Below are positions 58,174 to 64,000 of a DNA stretch of 64,000 bases, piece by piece. The notes below the pieces were generated by a model that was not told the DNA's origin, ran no database searches, and worked only from the letters and a program-made list of their open reading frames with translations. The stretch lies in contig JAXKCR010000001.1 in NCBI GenBank assembly GCA_036552405.1, positions 64,642 to 128,641 of the forward strand, in the 5' to 3' direction. Each line of letters opens with the position of its first letter. Position 1 is the stretch's first letter. A program made the position numbers and the translations under genes. This DNA comes from Eggerthellaceae bacterium. Its GTDB lineage: Bacteria; Actinomycetota; Coriobacteriia; Coriobacteriales; Eggerthellaceae.

Positions 58174-61100
58174 TTACTTCGTGCGGTGAGCTCCTGATTT
58201 GCGGCGCATCTTGACCGCTCCGATTACCAGGCCAGCGCATGCAATTACTGCCAGCGCGCCAAGACCTATTACCAAAGGACCAAGGTTGTCGCTCGTGTCG
58301 GGCAGTGCCGGAGGTTCAGGATCGCCGGGCTCCGCCGGCTCTTCAGGTGCAGTATAGGTATTAACGAACATGGGATCCTTGTCGTTAGCATATGCAACGC
58401 TAGCGGACAGGTGACCTTGACCGTCATCAGTAACGGTAACCGTAGCCTCATACTGAGTCGTATCGTAGGTCACACCTTCCTGACCATCATTCACTTCAGC
58501 GATGGTGTACGTATAAGTACCCGCCTTAGTGAACTCAACCGCAGGGAAGATCACCGTACCAGAAGCGTTGTTCTTGGCTGTAGCCACAACATCGCCTGCT
58601 TCATTGCGTACCTGGAATTCAAACTGGCCATCCTCAACGGTGCCACCTTCAAGCTTCTTGCTTGCGCCGAAAGTTACGCTCGTCGCAGCAGGCTCATAGG
58701 TGTTCTCGAAGATGATCGGCGTATCAGTGGTAACGTCCTCTGTTCCGTCGAGAACAGACCACGTTACGGTAAGTGTACCATCGCTGTTATCCTTGACATT
58801 AGCGGTCACCTTATAAGTGTCCACATCGTAAGTGATGCCGTTATCAACGTTGGTAGATGCAACCTCCTTGAGCGTGTAGTCATAGGAGCCAGGCTTCGCA
58901 AACGTGATAGCGGACATGGCAACATTACCATCGCTATCGTTCACGCCGCTTGCGGCCTCCTTACCGTCAGCGTCAATCATGACAAATTTGAATTCTCCGC
59001 CAGCAAGGGCCATATCTCCATCAGGACCGTTGTAGTCCTTGGTGATTTTGAATCCGCCATTAGCGGTGACGGAGCTATCAACAGGATCAACAGAGTACAC
59101 GTTGGTGAACGCGAACTTGGCGCCCGTTGCCGGGTCAGAGGTCACGGTCATCGTGCCGTTGCCCTGGTCGGTCGCAGTAACGGTGAAGGTCTGAGCATTG
59201 TCGTTATCCACACCGGGAACGGTGCCATCTTCTGTAACCGTATAGGTGAAGGTCTTGACGCGTGTGCCGTCGAGCTCTTCATCAACACCATCAAAGATAC
59301 TCATGTCGAACGTAACATCGCCAAAGGAAACGCTACCCGATGCATCGTTGTTTGCGGTAGTCGTTCCAGGCATCGGAGCGCCCATTTCGCCACTCAGCGT
59401 GAAGGTGTAATCGCCCGTAATGTCGGGCAGGTTGTAAACACTGTCCTTAAGATCGTCACTGGGAACAAGAGCCTTGGAACCCGAGAATGCGAGCGTAGCC
59501 GATTCCCCTGCGCCATACGTATTCGCGAACGCAAGGTTATCACCAGAGCCCTCTGGGTAGATGACCTTGGCGGAAAGGCTGCCATCAGCATCGTCGGTCA
59601 CCTGGACCGCGATGTTGAAAGATCCGACATTCGCCGTAATACCGCTATCTGCGGCTACCGCATCTTCGGAAACAGTGTAAGAGTAGCTATACACGTAATC
59701 CGGGAAGTGAGTCGTCTTGTCCACGGTAGCTACACCGGACGCGACATCGACAGTCAACTTGTCGAGGGTGTACTCGATGTCATTGAATGCAACGTGGCCC
59801 TGGCTATCGTTGGTGCCAGTAGTAACGGTATTGCCCTTCACGTCCTTAATCGTGAAAGTAAACTCTCCATCATCCAGAACCCCATTAGTGAAGGTCTTGG
59901 TGGCATTGATGGACACATCCGCACGCTCGCCAATAATGATGGGGTTGGACGTGTAGGTGTTATTAAAGGTCGCGACTGGGCGAGGCTGCGTAGTGTCGTT
60001 GTTCGTCAGCACCTGTTCGGATACAGCCGTGCCGCTTTCATCGAGGACCTGCGTGATAGCCTTCAGGTTGCCCTCGCCGTCGTCTTCAACGGCGATCTTC
60101 ACCGTATAAACGGTATCGTCGTAGCCATAGTTGCCCGTAGCGGTTGCGGGAATGATTTCCTGAACCGTGTACTGGAAGGTCTTACCCGCATCGTCCTGAG
60201 TAAGATCGCGCTTGGCCCTGGGGCCCATCACGGTAACATCGTATCCGCCACCGGTGGTGTTCTTATATTCAGTACCATTCGTGCTAACACCCAGAAGCGC
60301 AGCGGAATCATCGTCGGCCGCCGTTACCTTGAAGCCGAACTGATCGATTTCAATAAGTCGACCCGTGAGGTTCTTCACGATGTCGAATCCACCACGCAGG
60401 CCATCGAAGTCGAGGTTCGAGTTGTAACGGTTGGTGAACACGTTGTTCTCCGCACGGGCGACCGTGGTGAGCTCTTCGGCGGTCACATTGCCCTTGCCGT
60501 CATCCTTAAGCGTAATGGTAAGTGTTGCCACGTTGGTGGAATACGTCACGCCGGCGAGCCTATCCGCTGCATTTTCAGGGATAACCTCGGACACCGTATA
60601 GACGAAGGTCTTCGAACGAGTGCCATCGGCACCCCAATCCACGTCCTTGATGTCGTCGTACGTGAATGCAATCGTGCCGAAGCCGAACGCCTGGCTACCG
60701 TCGGTGTCGTTCGCACCATTGACGGTCACCTGAGTACACTCCGCACCGTCCTTGACGGGCATAGGAGCGCCCTCGGTCTCCGAGGTGATGTTGAACGTAA
60801 AGTTGTCGTTCTCTGTCCAGTCGCGACCAGTAAAGGTCTTGGTAAACATGCCTTCGGTCGAAACACCGTCACCGGTGACAACAGCACCGTAGGTGTTGGT
60901 GAACAGATCGGAGTTATCCACCTTATCAACCTGCTCAGCAACCAGCTGACCATTCACATCGGTCACCTTCACCTTAATAGTGTAGGTGTGGCCGTCGAGC
61001 GCCCAACCATCAACGGTCGTGCCGCCATCGGTCTCGGTCACGTTGAAGGTATAGTAGTTCTCCCCTTCGGTTGCCTTGGTGAACTTGATGTCACTGAAGG

Positions 61101-64000
61101 AAATTGTCTCAGTGGCACCGTTCGTGATAGCGGGAGAACTTGCATACATAGCAAGCGCGCGATCGGCGTGCGAAGTGAATACAACGTGCCCATCACGAAT
61201 CGCATTGTTGGTGAAATCATCGGCGCCGCCCAGGATGAAATCAAAGGCGCCCTCAGCGGCATCCTTGCCCACGACCTTCTTTTGAATGGTCGGGGTGAAG
61301 GGCGTGGTCTCTGTCGCTGTATAGGTATTGGTGAACGAAAGATTCGTGTTGCGGTTTTCATCCACCGTACACGTCAAATTGCCCTTACCGTCATCCTTAA
61401 CCTCTACCGTGAAGCCTTCCACGGCATTCGTGTAACCGATGCCCGGGAGCTTGTCGGTGTCGGCGGGAATGACCTCAGTCACCTTGAACGAGTAGGTGCC
61501 CTCCTTCGTGAACTTCACGCCATCAGCGAATGCGAACGTGCCATCCTCACCTGAAGTAGCGTCACCGGGAAGAATCACGGTCTTGGCAGTGACAGCCGCC
61601 TGGGTAGCATCGTCATTGGCCTCGATCTTAAACTTAAAGCCCGCAAGGCCACCGTTCCAAGGGTTTGGATCGGCCGAAACAGTCTTCGTGCCGCTCACTG
61701 GCAGAGCGCCAGATGTAGCATAGCTATTCACGAAGTCGGCATTAGCAGTGACGGGAACATTCGTGTCGACGTTCTGGTTCCACACGCTTGAAACAACGGT
61801 TTCGGTCCTGCCGTTAAGTGTCTTATCGAGGGTGGTGATGATTTCCCACTTACCCGTAGACGTATGCATCACCGGCTTGATGGTCAGGGTGTACACCGAC
61901 GGATCGTAGGTGTATCCATCCTTGGTCCATCCAGTAGTATTCTGGGCGGTACCAGCATCCTTGTAGTGAGTCTCGCCGTTGCCGACACTCGGGTTGGTAG
62001 CGTCGTCGGGAATAACCTCACTAAAGGTGTAGCTGAAAGTCTTACCGGAATCAGTATTGTCAGCACTGTGGTTGAAGACAATATCGCCACCATTAGGCAT
62101 CGTTACCTTCGTACCATCCGTGCCAGCAGCACCAGGAACATTAACAGAAAGCGTACCAGCAGGAAGCTGAATCTTCTCGGCAGACGCCGCGTCAGCAGCC
62201 TTAACCGTGAAGCTGAACTTGCCCTGCTCCATACCGCGGCCGTTCAAGGTCTTGGAGAGCTGGAACGTCACCGCTTCGCTGAAGTTGAATGTTGAAGAGA
62301 AGCTATTGGTAAAGGTGCTGGAACCAGCGGTAACAGCAGCACTTTCAACCTCGAGCCCGCCCGTAGTGGTGTTGTCCTTAATCTTGATGGTGATATATGC
62401 GGTATTTGCCGAATAATCCATACCAGCCGCTGGCTGATCAGGCTTAATCTCGGAAACGCGATACACATACGTGCCAGCCTCATTGAACGTCAGGTTACCC
62501 AGACCAAAGTCGGCCGAGTTGCCGTTATCGGCAGGCTTATTAACCGTGATAGGAGAGGACGCGGGCGTAGGCATCTTGGCGAGCTCAGTGGCCGCCAGGG
62601 AACCGTTAAAGGAATGCTTGGCAGCTGTGAACGAGAAGGTCTCGCCGCTCAACCAATCGCGACCCACAACCTCCTTGGTCAGCGGAACATTGGTCGTAAC
62701 GTCAACGTCCACGGGGGATGCCTTATAGGTATTCACAAAGGCGATCGTGCCGTCGGGAATCTTCTGGCCCGTATCAAACGTGCCCAGTTCCTCGCTCTCG
62801 ATTTCACCGTTGGCGTTTTCGGAAAGACGGAACACGGAGGTAAGCGTGCTCAGCGTGCCGTTTCCATTGTCGGATACCACAACAACAATCTCATACTGAT
62901 TCTTGTCGTAGGTCACACCGGGAAGCGTGGTCTCGGGATCAACCTCGTCGACGGTGTAGATATAAGCCTTGCCGGCATCCGCCTGGGTGAAGGTAATGCC
63001 GTTCAGCATCTTGATGCCGTCGGCCACACCGTTGCCAGCAGCCTTATTGGAGGCCGTCTCGGAGAAGCCGTTGGGGCCCGCAATGGTGAAGCTGAACTCG
63101 TTTGCGGCCATGTCGCGACCGTTGAGTGTCTTGCTCACATACAGGTCAACCGACGTGCTGTAGTTAAGCGACGCGCGATAGGTATTCACAAAGGCGGCAT
63201 AATCTGTTGTTTTACCGGCGCCGTTGCCGTAGTCGCCAACCGTTGCTGTAAGCACACCATTATTGTCGACAACCTCGACAGTCACCGTACATGTGTGGGC
63301 GTCATAGGTCATGCCACCCGGGTTGGTACCAGGAATGGTCTCGTTGATGTTGAACGTGTAGGTACCCGGCTTAGTGAACGTAGCATCACCAAAGCTAAAG
63401 AACTGCTCCACACCGTTTTTGGCGTTGGAAACCGTAGCGGTCGTGCCGTTCTTAAACGTGATGGTACCGTTCGTCATGGCAGCAGTAGTAGCCGAGTTCG
63501 CACCGGTAATGGTAAACGTGAAGTCCTCGTCTGTACCGGCATTGCGACCATCAAGGGTCTTAGAACCACGAATGCTTGCATCGCCCGTCAACACAGCCGG
63601 CGTAGGCGTGTAGGAGTTGGCGAACGTCACGTGAGTCTTTGTTCCACCCTCGGCGCTGCTCACAGCAGACCACGCAACAGAAACTGCCTCTGCATCCGGA
63701 TTGTCAGGATCAACCGTCGGGTCAACGCTCACGGTAGCCGTCACGATCCACTCGGCAGGATCATAGGTCATGCCCTGGTAGGTGTACTTGTTGCCGGCAT
63801 TAGCCTCAACAGGAATGCTCTCCTTAACCGTATAGCTAAAGGACTGACCATCCATGTCCGAGGTGAACTTCAGCGTGGGGAAGTTAATGACGCCAGTAGC
63901 CGTATGTCCAAAGCTAAACGATGCACCCGCATCAATGCCAGTGGGTACAGGAGCGCTGGCAGCATTGTCACCCGTAGGAGTTGCCGTAAAGCTGAACTTG
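58174..64000 (-). CDS. giant adhesin B (paralog of A), partial: >1,940 codons of SpaA-isopeptide/Cna-B-like repeats + LPDTS anchor; N-terminus lies beyond window end
   Basis: Frame stays open to position 64000. Same repeat signatures and a near-identical C-terminal sorting signal (…ALPDTSDNLGPLVIGLGALAVIACAGLVIGAVKMRRKSGAHRTK). Confidence 0.85.
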   Translation of the reverse strand, partial: KFSFTATPTGDNAASAPVPTGIDAGASFSFGHTATGVINFPTLKFTSDMDGQSFSYTVKESIPVEANAGNKYTYQGMTYDPAEWIVTATVSVDPTVDPDNPDAEAVSVAWSAVSSAEGGTKTHVTFANSYTPTPAVLTGDASIRGSKTLDGRNAGTDEDFTFTITGANSATTAAMTNGTITFKNGTTATVSNAKNGVEQFFSFGDATFTKPGTYTFNINETIPGTNPGGMTYDAHTCTVTVEVVDNNGVLTATVGDYGNGAGKTTDYAAFVNTYRASLNYSTSVDLYVSKTLNGRDMAANEFSFTIAGPNGFSETASNKAAGNGVADGIKMLNGITFTQADAGKAYIYTVDEVDPETTLPGVTYDKNQYEIVVVVSDNGNGTLSTLTSVFRLSENANGEIESEELGTFDTGQKIPDGTIAFVNTYKASPVDVDVTTNVPLTKEVVGRDWLSGETFSFTAAKHSFNGSLAATELAKMPTPASSPITVNKPADNGNSADFGLGNLTFNEAGTYVYRVSEIKPDQPAAGMDYSANTAYITIKIKDNTTTGGLEVESAAVTAGSSTFTNSFSSTFNFSEAVTFQLSKTLNGRGMEQGKFSFTVKAADAASAEKIQLPAGTLSVNVPGAAGTDGTKVTMPNGGDIVFNHSADNTDSGKTFSYTFSEVIPDDATNPSVGNGETHYKDAGTAQNTTGWTKDGYTYDPSVYTLTIKPVMHTSTGKWEIITTLDKTLNGRTETVVSSVWNQNVDTNVPVTANADFVNSYATSGALPVSGTKTVSADPNPWNGGLAGFKFKIEANDDATQAAVTAKTVILPGDATSGEDGTFAFADGVKFTKEGTYSFKVTEVIPADTDKLPGIGYTNAVEGFTVEVKDDGKGNLTCTVDENRNTNLSFTNTYTATETTPFTPTIQKKVVGKDAAEGAFDFILGGADDFTNNAIRDGHVVFTSHADRALAMYASSPAITNGATETISFSDIKFTKATEGENYYTFNVTETDGGTTVDGWALDGHTYTIKVKVTDVNGQLVAEQVDKVDNSDLFTNTYGAVVTGDGVSTEGMFTKTFTGRDWTENDNFTFNITSETEGAPMPVKDGAECTQVTVNGANDTDGSQAFGFGTIAFTYDDIKDVDWGADGTRSKTFVYTVSEVIPENAADRLAGVTYSTNVATLTITLKDDGKGNVTAEELTTVARAENNVFTNRYNSNLDFDGLRGGFDIVKNLTGRLIEIDQFGFKVTAADDDSAALLGVSTNGTEYKNTTGGGYDVTVMGPRAKRDLTQDDAGKTFQYTVQEIIPATATGNYGYDDTVYTVKIAVEDDGEGNLKAITQVLDESGTAVSEQVLTNNDTTQPRPVATFNNTYTSNPIIIGERADVSINATKTFTNGVLDDGEFTFTIKDVKGNTVTTGTNDSQGHVAFNDIEYTLDKLTVDVASGVATVDKTTHFPDYVYSYSYTVSEDAVAADSGITANVGSFNIAVQVTDDADGSLSAKVIYPEGSGDNLAFANTYGAGESATLAFSGSKALVPSDDLKDSVYNLPDITGDYTFTLSGEMGAPMPGTTTANNDASGSVSFGDVTFDMSIFDGVDEELDGTRVKTFTYTVTEDGTVPGVDNDNAQTFTVTATDQGNGTMTVTSDPATGAKFAFTNVYSVDPVDSSVTANGGFKITKDYNGPDGDMALAGGEFKFVMIDADGKEAASGVNDSDGNVAMSAITFAKPGSYDYTLKEVASTNVDNGITYDVDTYKVTANVKDNSDGTLTVTWSVLDGTEDVTTDTPIIFENTYEPAATSVTFGASKKLEGGTVEDGQFEFQVRNEAGDVVATAKNNASGTVIFPAVEFTKAGTYTYTIAEVNDGQEGVTYDTTQYEATVTVTDDGQGHLSASVAYANDKDPMFVNTYTAPEEPAEPGDPEPPALPDTSDNLGPLVIGLGALAVIACAGLVIGAVKMRRKSGAHRTK

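Noticed and set aside
58411-61554. 1047-aa + strand ORF, plus others at 48367-49317, 51286-51945 and 53068-53778, inside the adhesin genes
   Set aside because: They are antisense to long, highly repetitive high-GC coding sequence with clear minus-strand homology. Open antisense frames are expected there. Their composition is Arg/Gly/His-rich junk.

Overview
This is a high-GC (~58-60%) chromosomal segment from a Gram-positive actinobacterium, most likely a Coriobacteriia-like gut anaerobe. The evidence is the codon usage, PFOR/Fe-ADH/flavodoxin anaerobic metabolism, LAxTG-type sortase substrates and giant SpaA-isopeptide-repeat adhesins.

- 1-9.9 kb: housekeeping and metal genes. These are a partial APC permease, a small zinc-ribbon protein, a ferredoxin, a lone hypE, nikR, galE, an SDR, a stand-alone GMP-synthase PP-ATPase subunit, and a TetR regulator divergent from an MBL-hydrolase+SDR pair.
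- 10.0-29.3 kb: a lower-GC accessory/defence island. It holds an AbiEi/AbiEii module, an AAA+DUF4143 ATPase, a TcmP-like SAM methyltransferase, an LAKTG-anchored repeat surface protein, and a fic gene bracketed by ~110-bp direct repeats made of GTGTCTA/TAGACAC palindromes. It also holds two membrane-protein/TetR pairs, a nitroreductase-ArsR operon, an internally deleted MBL paralog, a truncated HxlR remnant, a zeta/XRE toxin-antitoxin pair, telA-xpaC, and a RelB/DinJ-PIN pair.
- 29.5-45.5 kb: a SulP transporter, a ydjGHI-like membrane-stress operon, a redox block (AKR-FeS, Fe-ADH, flavodoxin, TetR, PFOR nifJ), a HAD hydrolase, MerR and an MFS transporter. The ydjGHI-like operon comprises a double zinc-ribbon TM protein, a TPM protein and an SPFH protein with three zinc ribbons.
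- 45.7-64 kb: a surface-protein locus. It contains a beta-helix LAKTA-anchored protein and two tandem paralogous giant adhesins made of PA14/fibro-slime-like, Cna-B and ~20 SpaA-isopeptide-like repeats, with an LPDTS anchor.

The most notable observation is that adhesin A (~3,380 codons) has a G10+A7 homopolymer tract in its first 12 codons and is interrupted by one in-frame TAA. This looks like a phase-variable or decaying contingency locus.
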